The notes: a model not told the origin generated them from the letters alone. Positions 1-14,789 are shown, counted from the stretch's first letter. The stretch is DNA of 64,000 nt from Octopus vulgaris (GCA_951406725.2 OX597823.1:28644001-28708000); one strand, 5' to 3'. Program-made: numbers and translations.

Positions 1-197
1 TGGAGCAATCCATTGTGAGTACAGTACTTGGCACATGAAACACAAACCACTCAAGGGGGTTGATCATGTCCAGTTAGCAGTGTGTAGATCGATAAGGTCA
101 AAAGCTTGTGTGGGCGCGAGGTCGTGGTGCATCGCGTTTCGTTGCCAGAATCTGAAACTACAGCGAATCGTAACGTGGTCGGAAAGGAGGGTTTTAT

Positions 198-530
198 TCA
201 CATAGTACAATGGATACCGGTGGTATAGTTACTATACACTAAGTGCAATGTGATTCTATTGAATATCGTTGATATGGGTACAAGTTGAGACGGGACAAAT
301 TTGTTCATGAATTCAAGAAGTGATTTTATTTCTGCTCTTTCTAGCGTACAAAAACATCCATCATCTTCAATGTATGTGTCTTCGACCACTTTAAGCTATT
401 GTAAATTTCTACTAATTACCAACTTATAAGTGGATGTTTCGCATTGCGTATTTTACAGATGAAGCATTGACCTTGTTGGTGTCATTTCCTTACCTAAAAT
501 TTATATTTTTTGTAGGGGTTCTGAATAAGA
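198..530 (-). pseudogene. Possible highly decayed Penelope-like RT fragment
   Basis: ORF 198..389 reads TYIEDDGCFCTLE..IKSLLEFMNKF, resembling the YIDD-then-helix segment of PLE RTs; weak. Confidence 0.3.
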
Positions 531-556
531 GGAGAAGATGCGAGACGACCACCAAA

Positions 557-925
557 AGTGGCCGTGCAAAAGTTTTCGGCCACTTCACATAAACCACTCA
601 AGATACAGTGTTTTAAAACAGAAAAATGTCTAAAAAGAAACCTTATTACATAACGTTCATTTCAAGAAGTTACTGTACATTGTTAATATTTCGTGTGGTT
701 TCCCTTGACTTGAATAATTGTGTCAGTGCATCTGGGAAGACATGCGTGCAAATCTTTCACCATCTTCACAGGCATGAAATGCCATTCTCTGTGGTTGAGC
801 CCCTGGATTCTTCTGATGAACTTTTCTCTTTAGTTCTGTCCATATTTGCTCGATGATATTTAAGTAAGGGCTCTGAGATGGCCAATGTTTCAATACGGCA
901 ACACCTTCATTAGCCAGAGTCTGCT
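557..925 (-). mobile_element. Tc1-like transposon 3' relic (transposase C-terminus and TIR-like end)
   Basis: HWPSQSPYLNIIEQIWTELKRKV matches the Tc1 WPSQSPDLNPIE motif; AGTGGCCGTGCAAAAGTTTTCGGCCAC at ~557 resembles a Tc1 TIR. Confidence 0.8.
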
Positions 926-1305
926 GTGTATGTATGTATACATACACACACACACACACGCACATACGCACGCACACACATGTGTATAAACGTAAATGAA
1001 TATAGATATATATTGATATATTTCTGTGTATGTATGTATGTATGTATGTATGTATGTATGTATGTATGTATGTATGTATGTATGTGTGTATAGAGGTGTG
1101 TGTGTTGCTGGGGGTGTGGATATTCTAGACAATATGGTGCAATCACTTTTCGGGACACACTTCAAAATATTTTATCGCGTAATCGATTTGCTGTTTTTGT
1201 TCAGTTTCGAAGGCTGCAAGATATTATTTCGTAACGAGCTACATCTTCATCTGCTGTTCTTCACTGCTGCTTAGGTTTATTTCTCCTAAACTACAAGACC
1301 CTTTT

Positions 1306-2208
<903 letters not shown>

Positions 2209-2364
2209 TGTTAGTCTCGCTGATGATAGCTAACAAACCGAAATTTCTAAATTTCTCTGAAAAAAAAAACCCATTCGCATGTAAAAAGCTTATATTTACT
2301 TACACATTTGTGTGAGTGGATGGACAGACAAATTGCTATAAATACATATATACGTGTGTGTATA

Positions 2365-2745
2365 CACTACCGCCAGAAATTAATTAGCACCCTTGATTTG
2401 CTCTTCACTCAAGGTATGTGCTGTCACCTAGTGGCCATATCTCGAACTATTGCTTTGTTGCGAGTTCACTGTTGCGCAGAACGATCACGTAACTTTGTTT
2501 GCAGAGCAGTTTGAGAGTCTACAGCCTTATGATGTTGACATAGCAGTGCAACAACAACTTGGAGTGCGGATGCAGACAAATCTTCCTTTGTTTAATAGAT
2601 ATAGGTAGCGCCTCGCAAGGACCGAAATCACACCATACTAAGTTTTCTCATCGCGTAAGACGTTTTGAACAGCTCATAAGGTTAATTGATTTAACCTATT
2701 TAATGTAGAAATTTGAGAAGTGCTAATTAATTTCTGACGCAAGTG
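2365..2745. mobile_element. Tc1/mariner-type MITE
   Basis: TIRs CACTACCGCCAGAAATTAATTAGCAC / GTGCTAATTAATTTCTGACGCAAGTG, TA on both sides, no ORF. Confidence 0.85.
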
Positions 2746-3778
2746 TATGTAATATATTGAGAGAAAATATGGGAGAAATTGAAAAACCATACGATCAAAT
2801 GCGTCTGTATGTAAAGAATAGATGGATTTGAGGCTGATATGGCCTTGTGTCTTGTGATTCAACTTGGTATTCACCTTGCCTAGGATTGAACTCAGAACGT
2901 CTAGGTGACTTCATTGCATTAACCAGTACTTTTATTCACTCTTCTATACCCGTAAGCGTGTCAGAGGGAATTTCTAAGACTTATGAACCTACATTGATGT
3001 CCTGTATCGGCTCTGTACCGACTGGATAATACAATTCTATATTTCTGAGATGAAGAAATTTATATGTATTAGACAGATTTTTGTCCTCATCTTCCTTGTT
3101 GCTTTCACTACGATTCAGTTGTTGTATGCTTCAACCTTCTTCGGATGTCTTAATACAAAATGTTTTGTTTCAGTTCTATACCTGACTTATTTTCCAAACA
3201 AAACGAAAGACCTTATTCAATCGACGCATCATCTATTTCACTACACAGAACGACACATCTTCTACCTTGTCATACTGACCAAAAGATTATTTTCCATTCA
3301 GTTATGTCTGTTCTTTTAAAAAAAAACTGCTGTGGCTTTAATACGTTACACACGGACAAAAAATCCTCATTTATTCTGCACTTCCGTGTTTCGACACTGC
3401 ACCGAAAGTTTTTCTCATTCATTCTACACTGCTTCGGTATTTCCACACTAAATCGAGAGATATTGTCATTCATTCTACTCCAATCTTAACATGTGATATT
3501 GAACAAAACATCACTTTCATTCGATACGTCTCTCTCCAAAGATTTCTCACTAATCACACGCCAAAGTTTACACATTAATTCCCAGTAATTCTGTCAAAAT
3601 ATACGATCTATCACTTTTACAGAAACCTGTAGGGGCTTCTCTCCTGCGGTCTACAGCTACACAAGGCATTTCCTATGGAGCGGAGACTTTTACTATTAAA
3701 TATTTTACGTGCAATCTAACAACATAGCAACACCTCATATACACATAGCATATTTACAAACACATATCCATATAACTA

Positions 3779-3845
3779 TGCGTTAATGTTCTTTCTACAA
3801 ACAAGCCCGCATACATGCACATACACGGACATCCCAACACACTTC

Positions 3846-3880
<35 letters not shown>

Positions 3881-4331
3881 AGGAGAAGATAAACATATAA
3901 ATACTCACACGCAGTAATAATATTCAGCTATCAGAAAGAGAGAAAACAAAAGCAAAATGATCTTCGAGCAATACATCAAATGATCTTTGTTGCTTCATAC
4001 ACAATTAGAAGAGTTGAATTGGTTGTTTAAAATCTTGCAATGTGTAACGTTTTACATTTTTATTCCGTGTTATTGTAATATTTTATGTAGGCTGCAGTGT
4101 TGACTCCCACTGCAAGCAGTTGTCAATATAGCAGTAAAAATTTGCTGTTTGCTGCAATTTTTCTCAGCTTGAAGTGTACTATGTGTGATGGATTGATGAA
4201 TTAATAAATTTACGTGGTAGAATAGAAGTAAGGTGGCGATGTGTGTTTTTAATTATTGTTGCAGTGCGTTAATGTTCTTTCTACAAACAAGCCCGCATAC
4301 ATGCACATACACGGACATCCCAACACACTTC

Positions 4332-4366
<35 letters not shown>

Positions 4367-4724
4367 AGGAGAAGATAAACATATAAATACTCACACGCAG
4401 TAATAATATTCAGCTATCAGAAAGAGAGAAAACAAAAGCAAAATGATCTTCGAGCAATACATCAAATGATCTTTGTTGCTTCATACACAATTAGAAGAGT
4501 TGAATTGGTTGTTTAAAATCTTGCAATGTGTAACGTTTTACATTTTTATTCCGTGTTATTGTAATATTTTATGTAGGCTGCAGTGTTGACTCCCACTGCA
4601 AGCAGTTGTCAATATAGCAGTAAAAATTTGCTGTTTGCTGCAATTTTTCTCAGCTTGAAGTGTACTATGTGTGATGGATTGATGAATTAATAAATTTACG
4701 TGGTAGAATAGAAGTAAGGTGGCG
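3779..4724 (+). repeat. Apparently perfect 460-bp tandem duplication (3779-4238, 4265-4724) with a 26-bp spacer
   Basis: Copies identical by eye, including the internal (AT)15 tract. Confidence 0.9.
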
Positions 4725-4993
4725 TCAACGATTATAGGTTTCCAATGGACTGACAATGACAATTTATCGAAACTTGGGAGGAGAGAGGATGATAACAAGA
4801 GGGTTGGCTATATTGACTAAGGTAAATATGCCCCATCCACATTACACCCTTCCAAAAACGAAATAAGGGAGAAAGATTCATATTAATAAAAATATAATTA
4901 ATGGTTAACAATGGTAGGTGTGCCTGTTTCTTTCTGATATCTACGAACGCACACATATGTATACACACATATATACACACATATATATATATT

Positions 4994-5049
<56 letters not shown>

Positions 5050-5423
5050 CATATATATAAATACATATATATTATATGTGTGTGTATGTATATATATATA
5101 TATATACGAATGAATACATATATGTTTCTACGTACATAAATATGCACATATATATGTATGTATGTATATATGTATGTATATGTATACAGTCACATACACA
5201 CATACACAAACAAGTATGCACACACATGCATATATATTATTATATCATACGTTGATACTGTGTGCTCTAAGATCCCCGTTGACAGGCCACTGGTATTTAT
5301 AGAGTGTTAAGCATATTCAGTATGCAAATTAGGGACTCCTTCATAGAGTAACTGCTGCATTTGTTGAGTATATGAACAGATTATCTGATTTTTTGGCTGG
5401 AGAGAGTTAGAATGATATGGGCC

Positions 5424-5464
5424 CCTCTGAAGAGAACCTTGTAATGTTCGAAAATCCATTAAGG
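5424..5464 (+). ncRNA. Degenerate type-I hammerhead ribozyme motif
   Basis: cct-CTGAAGA-gaac[cttgtaat]gttc-GAAA-atccat-TA-agg; lies just upstream of PLE fragments. Confidence 0.5.
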
Positions 5465-5669
5465 CTGTTCATGATTTTCTTTAATCTCCAGAAATGGCTA
5501 AATTTTGCCCTGTTTATAATAATACCATATGTTACACACACACACACACACACACATATATAAATATATATACACAAAGACATATATATATATAAACTGA
5601 AGAATTACTACGTTTTGTGAAGAATATACTTTTAGAAGAGCGGTGACCATGACTTCGAAGTTTCCAAAC

Positions 5670-5835
5670 TCCATTTAACATAGAAGTTTCAACCAACATA
5701 GCTAGAAACATTCTGACCGCTAATTAAGGAATATTTCATTGCAACCCATATTCATTCGAAACTTTTCAACGCCCACAAGATCAAGGTAAGTTACTTCTGA
5801 TGAGACAACATTGGTTCTAAAATCACACTCTACGA
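5670..5835 (+). mobile_element. Penelope-like fragment (post-RT linker)
   Basis: Translates as FNIEVSTNIARN...SKLFNAHKIKVSY, like the PLE TNIG..HKIFNRNNVKVSY region; disrupted. Confidence 0.7.
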
Positions 5836-5995
5836 TAGTCGTAAAAACACACCTACATGATATAAGTAATTAGAACTGATGTCGCTAAATAATGTATGGA
5901 GGACTGAACCAGATTACTTTTCAATTTATTACACTCTTCATGTTTGGGCGAGGTAGTGGGTTTGATTTCAATTCATATTAACTTATCACTTCTCT

Positions 5996-6290
5996 CTAAT
6001 TCCTTGTTAGAAGATTACTATATCCCCTAACAGTTTTGAGATTGTTACATTTGTGGTTGTGGGTAGGCTTCTCCTTAAAGTTGGATACATGGTTGATGTT
6101 TCTATAAATTTGCATAGTTTCTTCGTTGAGACCACGGTCAAAGTAGAAATCGCCCGTCTTCAAGTCTAGAGTTACGTCTGGTAAATCGAACTTTGCGAAG
6201 AAGGTGGTGACCGTTATAGATAATTCGGATCCTTTAAAGCACTTTATCAGCGCCTTGCTGAAATTTTCCATGTCGTGGCCTATCGTATGG
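5996..6290 (-). mobile_element. Penelope-like RT fragment (downstream of YxDD), inverted
   Basis: LSITVTT..FDLPDVTLDLKTGDF...NHVSN resembles PLE LKITIE..FLDVTLDL..G..SNHP. Confidence 0.75.
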
Positions 6291-6304
6291 TATAAAGTAG
6301 CCTG

Positions 6305-6590
6305 CAGGATCCTTCAATACCGAAATGGTTTCTCCTGAGTGCATTAAATTTCATTAGGCAATTCACAGAAAATGGGGACTTTGTCATTAAATACATCATG
6401 AACGCTGGAAATCAAACTTAGTTCACGATGATTCCTACTAGGGGATGGAGGAAGGCGACCTACTCTTCGACATATCAACGGGGCAGAAATCGCCGGCCTC
6501 GTCGGGTTATTTATCCTGGAAGCTCTAAGGAAACGCGCACACTCATATAGCTCGGCCTTGTACAGGAGTGGTGATCTAGCAATCTAAAGC
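6305..6590 (+). mobile_element. Penelope-like RT core fragment
   Basis: PSI...ALNFIRQFT...AEIAGLVGLFILEAL...ALYRSGDLAI corresponds to GAEVCELVGLYIL...GLYRDDGL. Confidence 0.75.
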
Positions 6591-7006
6591 CATATAAAGT
6601 GAATAAAATAACAAATTAATATCAAAAAGAAAATTTAACAGGGTAGAACAAACATCAGAAAATTTAATGCATGTATTTAAGAAATATAACGAAAGACTAA
6701 AGTAGAAAAATTTATATTACTAATTTTGTCTTCAGCAAAAGAATTGTACATACGGAGAGAATGTACAACAGCAGAATTATTCTTCCTCTAAAAGCAAATC
6801 ATGTTTTCAAGGAACAGTAAACATATAAATGGAAAGACAAATTACCGTACTGTATTTGACTGATGTAACCAAAGATGATATAACTATTACAGAATGTTGT
6901 TTCTCTATGGAAACAAATGCTATAAACTTAATACTCAGGTTTAATGACACAATATAAACGCGATCATTCAGCGCACGCTTTTCGTGGTTTGAAATGCAGG
7001 GTCACG

Positions 7007-7056
<50 letters not shown>

Positions 7057-7323
7057 GAGACACAGACACGCACACAGGCACACACGCGTGCGCGGCCACG
7101 CATATAGCGGTATTAACGTCTGATTTTATGTCGAGTTATAAAACTAATTTAACATTAAACTGAAAAATTACTACGTGCTTTTCGTAGACTACTTATTTAC
7201 TATATCTTTACATCATGACTGACTATCAACTCGAAGTCATTATAATTTCTCTCCTTGTAAATGTATGATTAATATATATATATATTAATCATAATTTTAT
7301 ATATATGTATTAATCATACTTAT

Positions 7324-7360
<37 letters not shown>

Positions 7361-7440
7361 ATATATATAAAGTGATGATATGTCGCCAAATAAATGTGAC
7401 AGTCCCATGAAAGGGAAGAATGCTACTGCTATTTAACCCA

Positions 7441-7473
<33 letters not shown>

Positions 7474-7548
7474 TGTATATGTACATGTATGTGTATATGT
7501 ATATATGTATGTATATATATATATATATATATATCTATATACATATAT

Positions 7549-7930
7549 GGAAGCACTCCGTCGGTTACGACGACGAGGGTTCCGGTTGATCCGAATCAAC
7601 GGAACAGCCTGCTCGTGAAATTAACGTGTAAGTGGCTGAGCACTCCACAAACACGTGTACCCTTAACGTAGTTCTCGGAGATATTCAGCGTGACACAGAG
7701 AGTGACAAGGCCGGCCCTTTGAAATACAGGTACAACAGAAACAGGAAGCAAGAGTGAGAGAAAGTTGTGGTGAAAGAGTACAGCAGGGATCACCACCATC
7801 CCCTGCCGGAGCCTCGTGGAGCTTTAGGTATTTTCGCTCAATAAACACTCACAACGCCCGGTCTGGGAATCGAAACCGCGATCCTATGACCGCGAGTCCG
7901 TTGCCCTAACCACTGAGCCATTGCTCCTCC
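7549..7930 (-). mobile_element. tRNA-derived SINE, family A
   Basis: Head GGAGGAGCAATGGCTCAGTGGTTAGGG...GTTTCGATTCCC with A/B boxes; homologous copies at 9855, 37297 and 59383. Confidence 0.9.
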
Positions 7931-7936
7931 ATATAT

Positions 7937-7984
<48 letters not shown>

Positions 7985-8402
7985 GTATGTATGTATGTAT
8001 GTATATGTATGTATATATGTATGTATGTATTGTTGACGTAGAACACGTCATCTCTTCAAGAGATGGTGATTCGAGTCACTTAGGTAGCCTTTGACATTGT
8101 GTTGAAAATGGTTTTTGATGCTAGTATTATATGCTACTCTTTATAGTTCTATGCTTGTGATTCGACATCCACTATTCCAGACACATATACACCTATATAT
8201 GTGTGTTTGTGTGTGAGAGTGTGTGTGTGTACGAGTGAGTAGACAAACGAACGAAAGGTACTCAGCCAGTTTATTAGTGTAGGGGTCAAAACAGTTTGAT
8301 TCAAATTCTGCCTCTGTGGAAACCTACAGAATGAGTTAAATGACAGAATGAGTTAAGAAATCCAATGCAATAAATAGATTTCATAACATTTATCAAGAAA
8401 AG

Positions 8403-8450
8403 GTCTTACAGCTGTTTCCGGGATATTTTATATATTCCTTCATCAGAGAC
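8403..8450 (-). ncRNA. Minimal type-I hammerhead ribozyme
   Basis: Minus strand: gtct-CTGATGA-a[ggaatat..atatccc]g-GAAA-cagctg-TA-agac; palindromic stem III ACAGCTGT; two mismatches in stem II. Confidence 0.8.
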
Positions 8451-8580
8451 AGTGTGAGAAAATCGTTGACTATTAATTATTGTAGAAAAGATATGAAATA
8501 CAAGGGGAAGTAAGGGGATGAAAGTAGCAGTGACATACATAAGGATATTATATTTGCAGTTCCATTATTCAAGTAGAATG

Positions 8581-8702
<122 letters not shown>

Positions 8703-8851
8703 AAAGAAGCAACAAAGATATCCAGAGATTACCTCAGGATATCCTTGTTACTTATTTTGATTTTAATCATCTTACTTTGAAATTTTATGGATAATACCGT
8801 ACTAAATTCTGGTGCCTCAACTTAAGTACCATATTTGTCTGATTCATCTCA

Positions 8852-8909
<58 letters not shown>

Positions 8910-8910
8910 A

Positions 8911-8970
<60 letters not shown>

Positions 8971-9316
8971 CATATATACATATACATATATGTGCGTGTT
9001 TGTATGCCTGTGTCAGTGAGTTTGTGTGTGGGTATATATGTGGATGTGTATGTATGTGTGCGTGTTTGTGTGCGTATGTATGTGTGTGTATCTGTGTATG
9101 TATGCGTGTGTGCGTATCATCACATTTGCTCACGACTAAATCTTCTGTATATTTCTAAAAGTGTAAATTCGCTCGCATTACCCGACTGATAATTATAGAG
9201 AGCCTTATATGACATTGTATGCAAGTAGAAACTGGTGATGATGATGTTGATGGTGATGATAATGAATGTGATGATGATGATTGTGATGATTATGATGATG
9301 ATAAATATCATGATGG

Positions 9317-9348
<32 letters not shown>

Positions 9349-9364
9349 CCGTTGATGGTGGTGG

Positions 9365-9395
<31 letters not shown>

Positions 9396-9854
9396 CGTCA
9401 TCATCATCATCATCATCATAGCAACAGCAGAAGCACACTCTTTTGAGATATTTTTTCTCGAAATTATCATTCATGTTACCCTGGGGTATTTTTCTTCGAC
9501 CCTTTTTATTAATATTCATTATTAGTATCACTCTGCTTCCCTCTTCTCTCTGTTTTCTAACCGAGTTGAATTTATTTCACTAAAGGAACGCAATAAGTTC
9601 GAAACATCCGGTGCTTCCCACTTCGCCTTAAAGTCGAGGACCCTTTGTTTGGTCATCATTTCATTTTCCACTATATTTTCGTTGGAGCTCTCATTGCCTC
9701 ATTAAAAAATACCAAAAGGGAGTTAATGTCTACTAATTGCATGGATAATGGCAAATATTCGATATTTTTCAAGAGACCCTTATCTATATCATTAGTTTTC
9801 TCGGATTATCAGATCTTATCCCACTACTCTCTATTACATGTATTCTATTGTCGT

Positions 9855-10217
9855 GGCACTACGTCGGTTACGACGACGAGGTTCCGGTTGATCCGATGTT
9901 CGTGAAATTAAAGTGCAAGTAGCTGAACACTCCACAGACATGAGTACCTTAACGTGGTTCTCGGGGAGATTCAGCGTGCAACAGAATGTGACAAGGCTGG
10001 CCCTTGTGAATTACAGGTACAACAGAAACAGGAAGAAAGAGTGAGAGAAAGCTGTGGTGAAAGAGTACAGCAGAGTTCACCCCACTCCCTGACGGAGCCT
10101 CGAGTTGCTTTTAGGTGTTTTCGTTCAATAAACATTGACAACGTCCGGTCTGGGAATCAAAACCGCGATTCTACGACCGCGTGTCCTCTGCCCTAACCCC
10201 TGCATCATTGCGCCTCC
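9855..10217 (-). mobile_element. tRNA-derived SINE, family A
   Basis: Colinear with 7549-7930. Confidence 0.9.
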
Positions 10218-11359
10218 ACGTTCTATGGTATATTATTGTGTTCCATAATGTTATATTTTCTCTCTTTTACTTCCGTTTCATTAACATACAATTCTTTATT
10301 GAAAATCTATCGCCATGATCTATTATATATTATATTTGTTATCAAGCATTATAACATATATTCAGCTATTGTTCGCCTTGATTCCGATTCAATTCCTCTT
10401 AGTCCAAGATATTGACTAGGGAAAGGACTTTTTCATCAATTTTTAATTAGTGTTATTTTTATCGTTTCCTTTATTTTTTTCTGTTGCTTTGTTCTTATCG
10501 AAAATTCTTAAGTGCAGTTAGTTTTTATTCTTAACTTTATTGTTTGCTGATATTGAGAGGAAAATGTATTCTTTTCATGTTGGCTTATTGACCTTACCAG
10601 CTTTTTCTTCAAAACATCTGAATATTTCCTAGATGCTGTGTTGTTACTTTGTAATTTATATTTACACCAAACACCTCCTGATACACATTTATACATCGTT
10701 AGTTTTACAGATTTGTTGTGGGTTTCAAATGCTATAAGCAGTTTTTCTAGTTTTCTAACATCTGTTAATTTAGCATCTCAATTATTTTCTTGAAACTGTA
10801 GATTACAACCGGGATGCTTCGTGTATTTGTACCTCTCTACCATTCGGCATTGAGATCTGTTTTGAATACTTCTCTTTATATTCAGTAATTAATTCACTGT
10901 TTGGAACGTTCTGTTTTACTTCTCTGATTTCAATGTTTAACCACACTAAACCTTTATTGTTTAATGCATTTCATCTTTATTACGTAGCTTTCAAATATTT
11001 TTCTTTCCGCATACTCAATGTAGTATCACCTCTAAACCCGTAGGTTCTCCAGTTACGGAGAGAGGCCCTATGTTTTCTGTTAAACCAGCCATATAGAAGA
11101 AGACCCATAAAGTTTTCAAAACAATTGTAGCTTTTTTTAATTGCTACAGTAAATTTGTAGGAGTGATTTCATTGAGAATTTCAGTAGAAAATACTTTCAA
11201 GAGAATAGCTTCTTTGGAGTCGTTCTGGTGTCTAACTTCTGAACGTCTTACAGATATATCTTAACATCCTTTTTGCTAAAGACACAATGCCTGAAATTTT
11301 GAGGGAGGAGACTAGTCGATTTTGTATTCAGAATGTACCAAGTAGTCTAAACTTTTAGA

Positions 11360-11420
11360 CTGGAAATGCCGCCAAGCATTTCGCCCGGCGTGCTAACGAT
11401 TCTGCAAGCTCGTCGCATTA
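11360..11420 (-). mobile_element. SINE head fragment, family B
   Basis: Reverse complement GCGACGAGCTTGCAGAATCGTTAGCACGCCGGGCGAAATGC matches the heads at 38010 and 60864. Confidence 0.7.
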
Positions 11421-14044
11421 AAAATATCTTATAATGATTCTGCTTGTCATTGCGTTACTTAGCCCATCGGTAACACTTTCACGTGATTAAAGAAAAAGAG
11501 GGAGATAGAAAGGGGGAGATATAAAAGAGGGAGAGAGAATAAAAGAGAGAGAGAGAGAGAAGCGTCCATGAGGTGAAGTAGGAGAAACGTCCATGAGGTG
11601 AAGTAGGAGAAACGTAATATTTATTACGTGGTTTAAAATGTTAGTTGGAGGTAGTGATACAGAGAGACAGTTAGAGATATAATTTTAGCAGAGGGGTGAT
11701 ATTCTGATGGCGAGGTTAAAGAAAGGTAGAGATGGAGTAGGGAGAGAGAGAGAGGAGAGAGAGATGGCCATGGTGGTGGTGGAGTTGGTGGTGATGATTG
11801 CATAGTGAAAAATGTATTTTGAAAAATCATACTAAGTTTTTTTATATCACCTTTCACTTAACGCATGCGCATAGCATGCGCATAAATGCAATTGTCTGAA
11901 ATATTCACGCTTATTTACGCGGCAGATATATGAAATTTAACTAAAGGTTGTATCATATGTATGGGCTATATTTTTAATGGAAAGCGTGGAAAAATAAGAG
12001 TGAATATTTATTTTATGGGTGCTGTGTGCTAGTTCTATAAAATTGGTCATAAATTATATAAAGTATATATATATAAAGTACATTAAGTAACCATCGTATT
12101 CCAAATTTTCACTTTTCACTGAGTAGCAAATGAGCGATTATCTTTTGACGCAGACACAACACAGGCTACGCTTTCAAGATTTCTGGATAAAGTTTTCAGA
12201 AATAAAACAATAAATTTACCAGTAATTCCGTGAAATATTCACGGATCCCGCTCGTATCTTTATAATATGCAATTCCTTTAGACTGACGTGATGTTAGTAT
12301 ACTGTCTTATTATAAAGCTATAAGTACTGTGTATCTTGTATTCAGAACGTACCAAGTAGTCTAAAATTTTAGACTGGTAATATGTTAGACTAGTGTTCAG
12401 TAAAATTTTTTTTGCTTTTTACCGCCAGATAACGTATATCGTTGAGACCTATGATCAATGGTGCATCAGTTTTGACTAACGTATCTCTTTCAAGCAATGC
12501 AATATAAGACTTCATTGTCCAGTGTATCTTCCTGTTAAAACTAAACTGTCAATTGTTAATTGAAGAAGATTTGTCAGCTATTTCTAGCAAGTCCGATAAT
12601 CACATAGAAGTGGGAACTGTTTCTTGTTCTAGAGTTTTGATAGCTGCTGGTGTAGATTGTACAATTCTAATATTTACTCAGATGGAACATCTTAACAGAA
12701 GCTTTGTTATAGGTTTCTGTAGCCAAGAGAGAGATGTTATTCTTCATAGCATGTTTAAAACTTTGCACAAAGTAATTTCCGACACGTACAAACTAGCATC
12801 ATTGGATTTCTGTTTTCATAGCTTACTTATTTAGTGGAGGGGCTGGAGATGAAATAGTGTTTTCCTAAGGAAATAATAAAAGAAAACTCTCATTCAACGT
12901 ATGCTGCAGGAGACGCTCCTAAATTCAAATTCGCCATAAACATATCTACGCCTTTGGTGTTTCACTTTGCAGTTACTTTTCAACAAGGTAAAGTTGAAAT
13001 TCTTGGACGCGAGAAACAGCTGATATCATGAATGACAAAAATCCTTTAGATGGTCTAAGCAATAGATGGAAATATGGCGAATAGCCAGAACACAAATAGC
13101 ATAAGAAATAATTATTTCACCCCATTGACTTCAAAGAAATTGTTACTTTTTCAATGAAAGACGGTTCGTATTCAGATCTGTTATTTTACAAGACCCTTTC
13201 TTCCGACGCAGATCTCTATTTATTTGCGTCGTTATTTAGCAAGGAAAAACGTTTTAGATTGTTAAGAAATTTTTAAGGAGAACGTAGTTGAGATATTCAT
13301 GAACAAATACCTTATTTTCAAGAGAAGCCTTTACCAATTTCTTCAAATGCAACTTGAAAGAAAAGACGGAAATAGAAACAGAGAAGATGTACATTAGTAA
13401 TTTTCATAAAAGGTGGTTGAGAATGGCAAAATTAACTTCCCTAATGGACTCACATATATTAAGCATCTTGTATGTTAGCGGCAAGAACCGAGAAAAGCTA
13501 TTTAATTTTGATGTGGTACAGGGATCCGAAACTGTGTTTCCTTGAACCACCCCTTGTATCTGCCTTCCATTTTGGCGATTTGCATCTTAATTTTGCGTTA
13601 CTTTTGTATTTTTAATCTGTGAAAGCTTACAATGACAGTTAATGTCACTATTGCTGCTGCTGCTGCTGCTGCCGTTACTGCTGCTGCTGTTGTTGTTGCT
13701 GCTGCTGATGATGAGGATGATCGTACCCGTTTACTTGACTTAAAACGTCCAATATTTCTTATTTGAAGATTGTCTATATTCTTCTACTTGTAGTAGACCA
13801 GAATATTTCTCGCTTATTATAGAGATTATTCGAACTGACAACATAAAGATCGGAAACAAATATGCTTGACACATATGTTCCGGTGTGCGAATTTGAGTTC
13901 GAATACCACCACCGAGGTTGAGTACGTTTTCATCTATCCAGTTTTGATTAGATTAAAGTACCAGTGAACTACCGGGACATGTACAGTTCACTAATTTCCA
14001 AAATATTATATTTCAAGTTTTGAGTTTAGTAGAAACAATTGTGC

Positions 14045-14760
14045 ACGCTTCGGACAAGCACGGATGTGCTGTCAGACGGGCTTGTCTAAGGTGCACGCAG
14101 AGTGATGAAACCATTCTGCACGCACTCGTTTAGTATCCGGGCATTGCTGACTTGTGGTGTTATGTCCAACAGCTGCTGTCACGTGTATCGGTCCAGTCCA
14201 TAGTGATAGTTGACCCGTCACCCTCCTTTAATTGTGCATATAAGACAGTTTTCCTTTGCGTGTTGGCTGTGGCGAAAGAGATTGTGTGGTGAACGGGGCA
14301 GAAAGGTATGAGGACAAATACATTCCTCTTTGGTAGAAATCTCCGTGATTTCTTCAAGACGTTGAGGGTGGAGAGGGAAGAGTTGACTTCGAGTAAGTTT
14401 ATGGAAAGGTGGGTGAAAGTTTCGAAAATGGCAAGAGTGGATGGCACTTGTGAGTCGGAGAAAGAGAATTGGAGATAGAACTTGCCCTTGGTGTTCAGAG
14501 AGACCTTGGACAATAAGGTTCCTCGATCAACCCGTGGGTGTCATCTTGTATAATGACTACTTTCTCTACAATCCCACCTTTTCCTAACCTTTCTATACTA
14601 TGTATATTACTCTTTCTTTTCATTGTATACCGTCTATACCTACAATTTCACATATTTATATATTTATTTTAACATTTTATTAAATGTAATCCCCTACACT
14701 TTATATCTGTTTTGTATTGTTCTCCTCATTCTTCGCGCCCGTGTCAAATAAATGAAATCA
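14045..14760 (+). mobile_element. Tx1/L1-like LINE 3' fragment
   Basis: C..C....ETILHAL zinc-knuckle region homologous to the 26686 and 33548 copies; AATAAA near the 3' end. Confidence 0.75.
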
Positions 14761-14789
14761 TTATTGTTATTATCATCATCGTTATCATT

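Noticed and set aside
2218-2252. CTGATGA...GAAA as a hammerhead
   Set aside because: No convincing stem I, II or III pairing.
7858-7930. tRNA gene
   Set aside because: It has A/B boxes but no full cloverleaf, and it is attached to a repeated SINE body.
10508-11220. Possible DNA-transposase relic (CVSGGVWCKYK)
   Set aside because: Only a faint motif resemblance; not supportable without a search.
11558-11615. 26-bp tandem repeat as a CRISPR-like array
   Set aside because: About two adjacent units with no spacers, in a eukaryotic context.
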